64,000 bases of DNA from an uncultured Thiomicrospira sp. (GTDB lineage: Bacteria; Pseudomonadota; Gammaproteobacteria; CAKMZV01), in NCBI GenBank assembly GCA_965195345.1, contig OZ239628.1, forward strand, positions 1,408,001 through 1,472,000, read 5' to 3'. Each line of letters opens with the position of its first letter. Position 1 is the first letter of the stretch. The notes below the pieces were generated by a model that saw only the letters and a list, made by a program, of their open reading frames with translations, was not told where the DNA came from and did no database searches. The position numbers and the translations under genes were made by a program. Shown here one piece after another: positions 53,234-62,793 of this stretch.

Positions 53234-54586
53234 ATGAAACTTAACTATTTATTTGGTTTATTGTTCATATTGCTGATAACTGCTTGTGGGAAACAAGCAT
53301 CAAATCCAGTATATCTCACTAAAAACGATCAAGGAAATTCCAAAGAAGTCATAATTGCCTATAACGAGCTTAATGACTCGTTGTCCTATGAAGTTTTAGT
53401 CAATGAAGATTATTCTGAAAACCGCTCTTTATCAAGTAATTCGGATACTGATGATAAGCAATCTCTTAAAACATTAGACGCGTCAAAAACTGTTTTTAGA
53501 AAGAAGATCTTAGACTTTTTCCAACTAAAATATCTTGAAAAGCCTCAAAACGAAGAGGGATTAGCCAGCAATGAACAAGATGAATTATTGAACGATGCAG
53601 AAGAAGAGGAATTTGCTTCAATATGGCAACGTATTTCAAATGGGCTGGAGTTAACCGAGTCTTCAGTCGATTTTCCGATAGTCAAACGACACATTAAACA
53701 AATACTAAAGCATCGCAAATCATTCGCTAATGCAACCCGACGAGCTGAGCCGTTTCTGCATATGATTGTTGAAGAAGTGGAAAGGCGCAATCTGCCTTTA
53801 GAGTTGGCTTTATTGCCCTTTGTTGAGAGTCACTACCACACGAATGCCGTTTCTCCTCGTAGCAAAGCTGGTGGTCTATGGCAGTTCACTCGCTGGACTG
53901 GAAAATTCTATGGTCTTGAGCAGAACTGGTGGTACGACGGAAGATTTGATGTCTATGAGTCCACGCATGCTGCACTTGATTTATTAGAAGACATGTATAA
54001 ACGTTACGATGACTGGTATCTTGCTCTAGCAGCTTACAATTGGGGAATGGGGAATTTAGATCGTGCAATGCGCAAAGCAGGAGGCAAAAATAAGAATAAT
54101 TTTTGGACCGTCAAATTGCCAGCTGAAACAAGGCAGTACGTTCCTAAGTTATTAGCCTATGCTTATATCGTGCGATCTCATCAACACTATGACCTGCCAA
54201 TTCATCCCATAGAGAATGAACCTAAAATTGCAACAATAAGTATCGATAAGCCTTATGAATTAGAAAGGCTTGCTGCTGCTGCAAAAGTGAGCATTCATGA
54301 ATTTAGAAAATTGAACCCTGCGCACAGACGATGGGCGACTAAACCAAATAAGACAGTAAAAATGATTGTTCCTTACGAACATTCAGATCAATTTGAAGTT
54401 CGCATCAAAAAACTCAAAGTAAAATCATATACCTATAGAAAATACACAGTACGTCGTGGCGATAGTCTCTATGAAATAGCATTGAACAATGGAACGGATG
54501 TGCGCACATTAAAAGAGACGAACCAATTAAGAAGTAATATCATCCGAATTGGTCAAAAGTTAATCATCCCATCCCAAACTTTATAA
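53234..54586 (+). CDS. mltD: Membrane-bound lytic murein transglycosylase D (SLT + LysM lipoprotein)
   Basis: Lipobox ITAC, motifs LPFVES, GLWQF, ALAAYNWG and ETRQYVPKL, and one C-terminal LysM. Confidence 0.9.
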   Translation: MKLNYLFGLLFILLITACGKQASNPVYLTKNDQGNSKEVIIAYNELNDSLSYEVLVNEDYSENRSLSSNSDTDDKQSLKTLDASKTVFRKKILDFFQLKYLEKPQNEEGLASNEQDELLNDAEEEEFASIWQRISNGLELTESSVDFPIVKRHIKQILKHRKSFANATRRAEPFLHMIVEEVERRNLPLELALLPFVESHYHTNAVSPRSKAGGLWQFTRWTGKFYGLEQNWWYDGRFDVYESTHAALDLLEDMYKRYDDWYLALAAYNWGMGNLDRAMRKAGGKNKNNFWTVKLPAETRQYVPKLLAYAYIVRSHQHYDLPIHPIENEPKIATISIDKPYELERLAAAAKVSIHEFRKLNPAHRRWATKPNKTVKMIVPYEHSDQFEVRIKKLKVKSYTYRKYTVRRGDSLYEIALNNGTDVRTLKETNQLRSNIIRIGQKLIIPSQTL

Positions 54587-54595
54587 AGCAATACT

Positions 54596-55504
54596 TTGAT
54601 TTCTTTTCAAGCACCAGGCAGTGCCATTGTGTTTGGCGAGCATTCGGTCTTAAACGGATTTCCAGCCATCGTAGCAGCAGTGGATCAATGGATAAAGGTT
54701 CACTTTCTTGTTGACAAACAGAGTACAAAAATCACAATTGACTCTGCATTAGGCGCACACTCTGTTGACCTCAAAAAACCGAACAGAAACTATCCACCTT
54801 GTCTTAACTTTGTTTGCGTTGCTATTGAGCACTGCCCTCCCCCCTTTGGCGGAAGGCTAAGCATAGAAGCCGAATTTCCTGATAATATTGGGCTTGGTTC
54901 ATCGGCTACAGTCTGTGTGGCAACCTTAGCATGCATGCATAAAGCGAACAATACACCTATTGACCGTAACGCTTTACTAAAGCAAAGTATTAATGTTATA
55001 CATTCCATTCAAAAAATTGGGTCAGGCGCCGATGCTCTAGCGGCCATTAACGGCAATATGTTATTGTTTGATCCTCAAACGTTGCAATGCCAGAAATTAC
55101 CAAATATAGAAGGTCTGAGTCTTCATTACTGTGGTTACAAAACCAAAACCGCTAAAGTCGTGCAACATGTATCAAAGCTTTGGCAGGGGAAAGAGGAAAA
55201 ACTAAAGCGGTTGTATGAAAAAATGGGGGCACTGACAGAATCCATCAAGGCAAATATAAACAACCCTGAACACCTCACAAAAGCCATAAATACTTACCAC
55301 CACCTTTTAATCGAATTAGGCGTTGAAGATGAAACATTACAACGATTGCGCCAAAAACTACTTCAACAAGGAGCCAGCGCGGTTAAAATTTCTGGGTCAG
55401 GGTTAGGCGATTGCCTACTCGCATTCAATCACCCGATGAAAGAGAAAAAACAGGACGCTTTTACGTTGAAAATTGCTTCCAAAGGCTTACACGAAATCGC
55501 ATGA
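54596..55504 (+). CDS. GHMP kinase, mevalonate/phosphomevalonate kinase
   Basis: Motifs APGSAIVFGEHSV, GLGSSA, GSGAD and KISGSGLGDC. Overlaps mvaD. Confidence 0.85.
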   Translation: MISFQAPGSAIVFGEHSVLNGFPAIVAAVDQWIKVHFLVDKQSTKITIDSALGAHSVDLKKPNRNYPPCLNFVCVAIEHCPPPFGGRLSIEAEFPDNIGLGSSATVCVATLACMHKANNTPIDRNALLKQSINVIHSIQKIGSGADALAAINGNMLLFDPQTLQCQKLPNIEGLSLHYCGYKTKTAKVVQHVSKLWQGKEEKLKRLYEKMGALTESIKANINNPEHLTKAINTYHHLLIELGVEDETLQRLRQKLLQQGASAVKISGSGLGDCLLAFNHPMKEKKQDAFTLKIASKGLHEIA

Positions 55505-56475
55505 GCACCAACACACTGCAACTTGACTCCTATCCAATAAAATCAGCATCCACCGCCTATGCCGATACCAATATAGCTCTGGCAAAATACTGGGGAAAGC
55601 GAGATGCAAAACTCAATTTACCAGTCAATAGTAGTTTGTCTATTTCTTTAAAAGGGTTGGGCACAACCACCACTATTGAATGTGCTGAAAGTGACACATT
55701 CACACTCAATAACAAACCACATTCAATCGGAAAAAAACGTCTTTTTAGCTGGATTGATAATATATTTAAACTTCATGGAGAAAACCAGCGACCTACACTT
55801 GCTATAAAGTCAGACAATAATATCCCAACAGGCGCTGGTCTAGCCTCTTCTGCTTCAGCCTTTGCTGCAGCGACCCTTGCGTTAAATGACCTATTCGATT
55901 GGCAACTTTCATTGCGTGAACTCAGTATTTTAGCCAGAATGGGCAGTGGCAGCGCTAGTCGATCTTTATATTCTGGGTTTGTAATATGGCATAAAGGCGA
56001 GAATTGTGATGGCAGCGACAGTTTCTCAGAATCAATACCTATGTACTGGAAAGAATTAGCCATAGCAATTGTCACTATTTCCACCGAAGAAAAAGCCGTT
56101 GGTTCCACCGACGGCATGAATCGAACAGCAAGGACTTCACCCTTATTCAAATCCTGGATAGAATTTGCACAACACTCTTGTGAAACGATACACCGCGCTA
56201 TCCTTGACAAGGATTTCAAAACTTTGGGGGAATGCGCTGAGCATAATGCTATGGCAATGCACGCAACCATGCACAGTGCGCGTCCAATGCTTAACTACTG
56301 GAAAAAAGAAACATTAGATGCCATTGATAGATTACTTCAATTGCGTGCAAATGGTGTGCCTGTTTTTTATACAATGGACGCTGGAGCGAATTTAAAGATT
56401 TTGTTTGAAGAAAATAACAGTGCACATATAAAGAAAGCATTCCCTTCTTCCATAATAACCTTCCCATTTTCATGA
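55501..56475 (+). CDS. mvaD: Diphosphomevalonate decarboxylase
   Basis: Motifs NIALAKYWGKRD..LNLP.NSSLS, GLASSAS, ARMGSGSASRS and TMDAGAN. ATG at 55501. Confidence 0.94.
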   Translation: MSTNTLQLDSYPIKSASTAYADTNIALAKYWGKRDAKLNLPVNSSLSISLKGLGTTTTIECAESDTFTLNNKPHSIGKKRLFSWIDNIFKLHGENQRPTLAIKSDNNIPTGAGLASSASAFAAATLALNDLFDWQLSLRELSILARMGSGSASRSLYSGFVIWHKGENCDGSDSFSESIPMYWKELAIAIVTISTEEKAVGSTDGMNRTARTSPLFKSWIEFAQHSCETIHRAILDKDFKTLGECAEHNAMAMHATMHSARPMLNYWKKETLDAIDRLLQLRANGVPVFYTMDAGANLKILFEENNSAHIKKAFPSSIITFPFS

Positions 56476-57164
56476 ACAATACCTACTCCGATGATATAGA
56501 TCGCTTTAACGCTAACGCTAAGAGTTGGTGGGACACGAACGGCAGCTACAAAACACTGCATCAAATCAACCCGCTGCGGCTGAACTGCATTTTGAATCTT
56601 TGTGATTTGAAAGGCAAACGAGTGCTTGATGTCGGCTGTGGTGGTGGTATATTGAGCGAATCGCTCGCAAAGTTAGGTGCTGAAGTATATGCTATTGATT
56701 TGGCACATGAGACGCTAAAAATAGCAAAACAACACGCCCAAGATAATAACCTTCATATCAATTACCAATGCATCAGTGCCGAAGAGCTAGCAGAGGATGG
56801 CAAAAGCTTTGAAATCGTTTGCTGCATGGAAATGTTAGAACACATACCGAATCCAAAGGCAATGTTGCACACCCTATCGAAATTGACCAGTGATTGGCTA
56901 TTTGTTTCCACAATCAATCGTAATTTTAAAGCATGGCTCGGTATGGTCGTGTTCGCTGAAAAGCTCCTGCGCTGGTTGCCTGAAGGCACACACAATGTCA
57001 GTCATTTTATCACCCCAGAGGAATTGCAAGAATGGGCAGAGGACTCTAATCTTCAATGGCGATTCACTGGCGGACTAATCTACGACCCTATCGTTGGACA
57101 ATTCAAACAGCACAGTAATACCGATATAAATTATCTTCAAGCTTACCAAAAAATATCCTCATGA
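56472..57164 (+). CDS. ubiG: Ubiquinone biosynthesis O-methyltransferase UbiG
   Basis: Motifs WWD..G..K.LHQINPLR, VLDVGCGGGILSE, CMEMLEH and LPEGTH. Confidence 0.95.
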   Translation: MNNTYSDDIDRFNANAKSWWDTNGSYKTLHQINPLRLNCILNLCDLKGKRVLDVGCGGGILSESLAKLGAEVYAIDLAHETLKIAKQHAQDNNLHINYQCISAEELAEDGKSFEIVCCMEMLEHIPNPKAMLHTLSKLTSDWLFVSTINRNFKAWLGMVVFAEKLLRWLPEGTHNVSHFITPEELQEWAEDSNLQWRFTGGLIYDPIVGQFKQHSNTDINYLQAYQKISS

Positions 57165-57823
57165 AAAACGCTATTTTTTTTGACCTTGATGGCACACTGT
57201 TGGATACCGCACCTGATTTAATAAGTGCTGCCAACCGCACTATAAAAAAGTTCGGTTACCCACAACAAGACTTTGAGAAATTACGACCTTTCGTCTCTGA
57301 AGGCAGCCATGGCATTCTTAAACAAGTATTACCAGTAGAACTGGTTGAAGAAGCACGCGTTATCCTGCTTGAGGATTACCAAGGAAATATTAGCGAGAAA
57401 ACGCGTTTTTTCGGAAATTTACAACAAACGCTAACAACCCTGAATGAGCAATCCATCACTTGGGGCATCATGACAAATAAACCGCGCTTTTACAGCGAAA
57501 CGCTCATGCAAGAAATGTTACCGTGGTGGAATGCTAAAACCCTTTATTGTTCTGATGATTTCCCAATATCAAAACCCGACCCTACCCCGCTATTACATAT
57601 TGCCAAAGAGCTGAACCTCAACCCCAATGAAGCTATTTATGTTGGCGACCATCGTAAAGATATCACCGCTGCCAATGCTGCCAACTGGCAAAGTGTGGCG
57701 GTAGGCTACGGTTATTATTTACAAGAGGATCCACCGCATACTTGGAATGCTAATTTTTATTGTCAAACACCCGAACAACTCGTGCAATGGATACAGGAAA
57801 AAACAAGTCAATGGAACGTATAA
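57161..57823 (+). CDS. gph: HAD-family phosphatase (Gph/MupP-like)
   Basis: Motifs FDLDGTLLDT, TNKP, KPDP and YVGD. ubiG-gph-yciK synteny. Confidence 0.85.
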   Translation: MKNAIFFDLDGTLLDTAPDLISAANRTIKKFGYPQQDFEKLRPFVSEGSHGILKQVLPVELVEEARVILLEDYQGNISEKTRFFGNLQQTLTTLNEQSITWGIMTNKPRFYSETLMQEMLPWWNAKTLYCSDDFPISKPDPTPLLHIAKELNLNPNEAIYVGDHRKDITAANAANWQSVAVGYGYYLQEDPPHTWNANFYCQTPEQLVQWIQEKTSQWNV

Positions 57824-58563
57824 AAAACACCCATCAATATCCCAAAAACGGAACACTATTAAAAGATAAAGTGATCCTTATTACAGGTGCTGCATCAGGC
57901 ATAGGCAAAGCCGTTGCTTTAAGTTGCGCGCGCCATCAAGCTACGCTTATTCTATTAGGTCGCAATCCTCGAAAATTAGAAAGCGTACACAAGGAGATAA
58001 AGGATGAATGTCAAAACGAAGTATTTCTCTATCCCCTAAATCTTGAAACAGCTGACGACACGCACTATGCTGATCTTGCAAAAACAATAGAAGAGCACTT
58101 TGGCAAACTTAATGGTTTACTGCACAACGCAGCAACACTAGGCAATATCAGCCCAATGCGCCATTACCAACTACAACAATGGTACAAAGTTATGCAAACC
58201 AACGTTAACGCGCCTATGATGCTCACTCAAGCATGCCTGCCATTGATGGAAAAAAGTGAAAATTCCAGCATTATTTGGACCACATCGGGCGTTGCTATAG
58301 AACCTGTTCCTCTTTGGGGAGCGTATGGAGTTAGCAAGTACGCCAATGAATATATGATGTCACTGCTTGCTCAAGAATACGATGATACTGACTTACGCTG
58401 CAACGCCATAGATCCAGGAGTGGTAGCGACTGGCATGCGTTCAAAAGCATTTCCAGGTGAAAATCCTAATGAGCTCACCAAAGCACAAAGCATAACAGAC
58501 ACTTGGCTCTATCTTTTCAGCGATGATAGCATCGGAGTTCGAAATAAAATAATCACACCCTAA
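57811..58563 (+). CDS. yciK: YciK-family short-chain oxidoreductase
   Basis: Motifs TGAASGIG, GLLHNAA, YGVSK and TGMRSKAFPGENP. Likely ATG at 57811. Confidence 0.88.
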   Translation: MERIKNTHQYPKNGTLLKDKVILITGAASGIGKAVALSCARHQATLILLGRNPRKLESVHKEIKDECQNEVFLYPLNLETADDTHYADLAKTIEEHFGKLNGLLHNAATLGNISPMRHYQLQQWYKVMQTNVNAPMMLTQACLPLMEKSENSSIIWTTSGVAIEPVPLWGAYGVSKYANEYMMSLLAQEYDDTDLRCNAIDPGVVATGMRSKAFPGENPNELTKAQSITDTWLYLFSDDSIGVRNKIITP

Positions 58564-58573
58564 AGCGTGTGAT

Positions 58574-60010
58574 TCATTCGGTCGAGAAATAGCCGCTAAT
58601 TGCTTTTATCTCCTGAAAATCAACGATGCCATGCACGCCGTATTCGCGCCCATTACCTGATTGTTTATAACCGCCATAGGGTGCTTCGTATTCGTGGGCG
58701 GCATCATTAATATGCAATGTTCCCGCATTTAATTGACGCGCCACTCGTCTGCCTCTATCTATATCGCGAGTAGACACATAAGCACCGAGCCCATAAGAAG
58801 TATCATTTGCAATGGCAATTGCCTCTTCCTCACTATCGAAAGGAATGAGCACAAGAACGGGACCAAAAATTTCCTCTCTGGCTATGCGCATATCATTATT
58901 TACATCTGAAAAAAGAGTTGGTTTGACATAATAACCCACCTCCATACCATCAGGTTTCCCCATTCCGCCGGCCAATAATGTCGCGCCCTCATCTATGCCA
59001 ATTTGAATATATTCTTGAATAATACCCCATTGCCTTTGTGAAACAACCGGACCCAAATGCTCCCCTGATTTAGACGGTTCATCTACTTTGATAGACTGCG
59101 TTACACGTTGAGCAATAGCTACCCCTTGCTGATACACTGAACGTTCTATCAGCATTCTTGTTGGCGCATCGCAAGATTGCCCAGAATTGCTCATACAATT
59201 TAACACCCCATTGGTTATAGTAACTTCTAGATTGGCATCTGAAAAAATGATATTGGGCGACTTCCCTCCTAATTCCTGAGCAACGCGCTTGACCGTATCA
59301 GCTGCTGATTTAGCGATCTCCACTCCAGCACGGGTTGAACCCGTAAAAGATACCATATCAACCAATGGATGACTGGTCAAGTAATGCCCTATTTCTCGAC
59401 CTTCCCCAAGAATTAAATTAAATACGCCAGGAGGAAATCCCGCCTCCGCCATACAACGGGCAAATAGATTGGCAGACAAAGGTGTTAAACTACTTGGCTT
59501 TAACACCACTGTGCAACCCGCTAACAATGCAGGTGCAACCTTGCTTATTACTTGATTAATAGGCCAATTCCAAGGAGTAATCAATGCACAAACTCCAATC
59601 GGCTCGCGTACAATCAACGTATGTTGACCCACACGCTCTTCTTCTTGCGTCTTATCAATAGCTTCAAGGAAAACTTCCGTATGCCCTACTCCTGATTCCG
59701 CTTGATAAGCGCGCGAAAAATCAATAGGTACACCTAATTCCACCGTCATTGCTTGAGCAATTTCTTCATAACGTGATTTATACGCTTGGAGGAAAGAACG
59801 CATTAAAGACTTTCGCTGTTCAACAGGCGTTAAACGCCAAGAGTTAAAGGCATGATGCGCCGCACACAGAGCTGCGTCTATATCCTCTTCTCCAGCAAGG
59901 CAAGCATTTGCGACTATTTCTTCTGTCGCAGGATTAATTACACCCATTGTTTTGCGTGCACAAACTGAATCAACCCAACGTCCATCTATATAAAAATTTA
60001 ATGTGTCCAT
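58574..60010 (-). CDS. Aldehyde dehydrogenase family protein
   Basis: Motifs ITPWNWP, SFTGST, QELGGKS, NSGQSC and EEIFGPV. Confidence 0.94.
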   Translation of the reverse strand: MDTLNFYIDGRWVDSVCARKTMGVINPATEEIVANACLAGEEDIDAALCAAHHAFNSWRLTPVEQRKSLMRSFLQAYKSRYEEIAQAMTVELGVPIDFSRAYQAESGVGHTEVFLEAIDKTQEEERVGQHTLIVREPIGVCALITPWNWPINQVISKVAPALLAGCTVVLKPSSLTPLSANLFARCMAEAGFPPGVFNLILGEGREIGHYLTSHPLVDMVSFTGSTRAGVEIAKSAADTVKRVAQELGGKSPNIIFSDANLEVTITNGVLNCMSNSGQSCDAPTRMLIERSVYQQGVAIAQRVTQSIKVDEPSKSGEHLGPVVSQRQWGIIQEYIQIGIDEGATLLAGGMGKPDGMEVGYYVKPTLFSDVNNDMRIAREEIFGPVLVLIPFDSEEEAIAIANDTSYGLGAYVSTRDIDRGRRVARQLNAGTLHINDAAHEYEAPYGGYKQSGNGREYGVHGIVDFQEIKAISGYFSTE

Positions 60011-60179
60011 AAACTCTCTTATTAGAAAATACCGATCAAAAGATTACAATGACAATCTAAAACATAACTATTACGCATTATAATCGTCACAACATAAATT
60101 ACGACACTGACTACTTTAAAAAAATGTCGTGAAAGATTAACATCATTCTTACCCAAAGCCCGCTGTAAATAATAAATAT

Positions 60180-60806
60180 ATGCTTTCTATGGATTACACC
60201 CATACCTTTATTCCAACAAACTCAAGCGAGAATTTAACAAAGGCACAATCTGACCCCTTGCTTTTGAATGCCGACATGCTCAATAGCGAGCGCATAAAAA
60301 CGGCGTTTGGATCTTATAATATAGAAATCATTGATCAAGATGAGAACACTCGCATTTCAAATTTATTCAGCACCCAACCCGATACAACTAGAACACTATC
60401 TGTTGTTCATTTTCTAAACAAAGGCAATAGTATCTGGCATACAGAACATCAAAAAATACTTGATGGTCAATCCATCGGTCAAGTTTTTAAAAAAAATCAC
60501 TGGGAAATCGACAAACAGTCAAAATTTTTTGGACAACTTAAAGATACGCCGATGCTCTCATTCGTGTATGAAAAGATGCAAATTATTCCCAACAATCTAT
60601 GCATTCACATTTACGACTTATGGGTTCAAAAAGAGTCTAATAAAAGTCAATACGCACTTATTGCTGAACTGCATCATCCTCAATATTTACAATTAGGAGA
60701 CTTGAGAAATTTATATCTTGATTTTTTTGATAAACATTTATCCATGTGCAACGGCACAACAAAAATTTGGGAAAACATTTCTTGCCAGCTACATAAATTA
60801 CCCTAA
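60180..60806 (+). CDS. Hypothetical protein (possible chorismate-lyase/UTRA-like fold)
   Basis: 208-aa ORF with normal coding appearance. The fold guess rests on a motif pattern only. Confidence 0.7.
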   Translation: MLSMDYTHTFIPTNSSENLTKAQSDPLLLNADMLNSERIKTAFGSYNIEIIDQDENTRISNLFSTQPDTTRTLSVVHFLNKGNSIWHTEHQKILDGQSIGQVFKKNHWEIDKQSKFFGQLKDTPMLSFVYEKMQIIPNNLCIHIYDLWVQKESNKSQYALIAELHHPQYLQLGDLRNLYLDFFDKHLSMCNGTTKIWENISCQLHKLP

Positions 60807-60848
60807 TCCATGCAACGCTTCAATTTTCTGATTGACACACAATAATCA

Positions 60849-61382
60849 ATGCGGGAGAAAAGCAAAAAAAACGTACCTCATAGCATGAAATACGCATCCT
60901 TCCCCCTCTTTCTCCTCTTCATCTTAGTAGGTACTCTCTACTATGCTGACAATGCTGCAGCCGATGAAATACGCGATCCATACAAACATTTTTTCACTGA
61001 GTCCTTTGGAGACTTCCCTGAAGAATTGAGTATTGCCAAGAATGATGGTAAAAAAGGCATTGTTTTATTTTTTGAAATGGATCATTGCCCGTATTGCAAG
61101 GCAATGAAAGAAAACATATTAAACCGTCGGCGTGTCCAAGACTTTTACAATGAACATTTCAACATAATTAGCGTTGACACCCGAGGTAGCGTTGAAATTA
61201 TTGATTTTGATAACAATGAAATCAGTCAAAAGTCTTTTTCTCAAAAAATGGGAGCGCGCTTTACTCCAACAATCGCCTTTATTGATTTAAACGGCAAAAT
61301 TGTTCAAAAAAAGATCGGGGCGGTTAACTCAATAGAGCGATTTATTCAGCTTGGACAGCACGTACTAGACAATCGATTATAA
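60849..61382 (+). CDS. SoxW-like exported thioredoxin-family protein
   Basis: Signal or TM segment, then FF..SFGDFPEEL..AK..GKKGIVLFFE..HCPYC, and cis-Pro motif FTPT. Confidence 0.85.
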   Translation: MREKSKKNVPHSMKYASFPLFLLFILVGTLYYADNAAADEIRDPYKHFFTESFGDFPEELSIAKNDGKKGIVLFFEMDHCPYCKAMKENILNRRRVQDFYNEHFNIISVDTRGSVEIIDFDNNEISQKSFSQKMGARFTPTIAFIDLNGKIVQKKIGAVNSIERFIQLGQHVLDNRL

Positions 61383-61508
61383 ATCTTCTATCCCTTTAAA
61401 TTAAAGACTTGACACAGTATGCTATAATTTTTTTGTTCCTTAATTTCAGGAAATCAAGAAAGTTCCCTAATACTTGAGAAAGAAAGTCAAACCCATAGGA
61501 TTATTAAA

Positions 61509-62132
61509 ATGAGCATGCCTACTAATGCGTTGCTAACGCTTTATTCAAACCCAACTTGTGCGAATAGTCATCGAGTACGCTTTCTTGCACATGAGAAAGA
61601 AAATCTAGTTGATGTTATCAATGTTTTTCCTCACGACCTACCTCAAGAATTGATTGATGCTAACCCTTATGGTTCATTGCCCACTTTAGTTGACAGGGAT
61701 GTGATACTACGTGATGCAGAAGTTATGCTTGAGTATTTGGATGAGCGTTTTCCAAGTCCAACCTTAATGCCTGTTGATCCGATTTCCAGAGCAAAAGTAC
61801 GCATGATGCTTGTTACGATTCGTGAACTTTGGCTTCCTCCATTTTATGTACTCAATGATTTATCGTCGAGCGAAGAAGACAAGGAGAAAGCAAGAAAAGC
61901 ATTGCTTAATAACCTGCAAGAACTCAAACCAATATTTGAATATCATAAATACTGCATGAGTGATAGTTTCACTGTCGTTGATGTTTCTATAGCGCCAATT
62001 TTATGGCGTCTTAATCATTTAGGAATCTCGGATGAAAACATGGGACCACACTACAGCAAATATCTTAATCTCGTTTTTACTCGAAAAGCATTTACTAACA
62101 GTCTATCGCTTTTTGAAGAAAACATGAGATAG
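61509..62132 (+). CDS. sspA: Stringent starvation protein A
   Basis: Motifs SHRVR...EK, NPYGSLPTLVDRD, EYLDERFP and APILWRL. Confidence 0.92.
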   Translation: MSMPTNALLTLYSNPTCANSHRVRFLAHEKENLVDVINVFPHDLPQELIDANPYGSLPTLVDRDVILRDAEVMLEYLDERFPSPTLMPVDPISRAKVRMMLVTIRELWLPPFYVLNDLSSSEEDKEKARKALLNNLQELKPIFEYHKYCMSDSFTVVDVSIAPILWRLNHLGISDENMGPHYSKYLNLVFTRKAFTNSLSLFEENMR

Positions 62133-62261
62133 AACTTGAATTTATCAATAAATTATTAACATAATCATTGACTTACGAAAATTGTTTTCATAGAATTAAC
62201 CTTTATTTAAAATAACGGACCTTCTCCAATTATCTTGATAACATAATTGAGGAGTATGAAA

Positions 62262-62780
62262 ATGAGTACAAGGATTGATTTAAATACTCAAAAACCTTTT
62301 TTAATACGTGCAATGTACGATTGGATGATTACCTACGGGTTAAGTCCGCAGTTACAAATATCACCATTGATTAAAGGATGCATATTACCAGCACACCTTA
62401 CTAATCGAGATGAGGTGTTATTGTCAATTTCTCCAAAAGCAGTTACTAATTTACGTATTGAGGGCGAAGGAGTAAATTTTCACGCGATCTTTAATACACA
62501 ACCCTTCAGAGTATCTATTCCGATGAATGCTGTTGGTTCAATTACTTCAATTGAGGAAAATGTTGGCTATCTATTCGACATCAGCCACTTTTTGCCAAAG
62601 CCATTACCTCCTGAAAATACAATAGCACAAACGTCTTTTGACCCCACAGAACTGCCTTCTCAAAGCAGAAAGAAAAAAGACAGTCCGTCAACCTTTCAAG
62701 AGTTTAAAGAAGACGATAAAGTTATTTCAAGCAAACCAGAAATAAAAAAACGTCTCTGGCCTTTCAGCCTTTCTACTTAA
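62262..62780 (+). CDS. sspB: Stringent starvation protein B (ClpXP adaptor)
   Basis: KPFLIRAMYDW...L.ISPKAV..L...F.A.F, downstream of sspA. A GAGGAG RBS favours ATG 62262. Confidence 0.85.
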   Translation: MSTRIDLNTQKPFLIRAMYDWMITYGLSPQLQISPLIKGCILPAHLTNRDEVLLSISPKAVTNLRIEGEGVNFHAIFNTQPFRVSIPMNAVGSITSIEENVGYLFDISHFLPKPLPPENTIAQTSFDPTELPSQSRKKKDSPSTFQEFKEDDKVISSKPEIKKRLWPFSLST

Positions 62781-62793
62781 GGTTTTCAATAGA

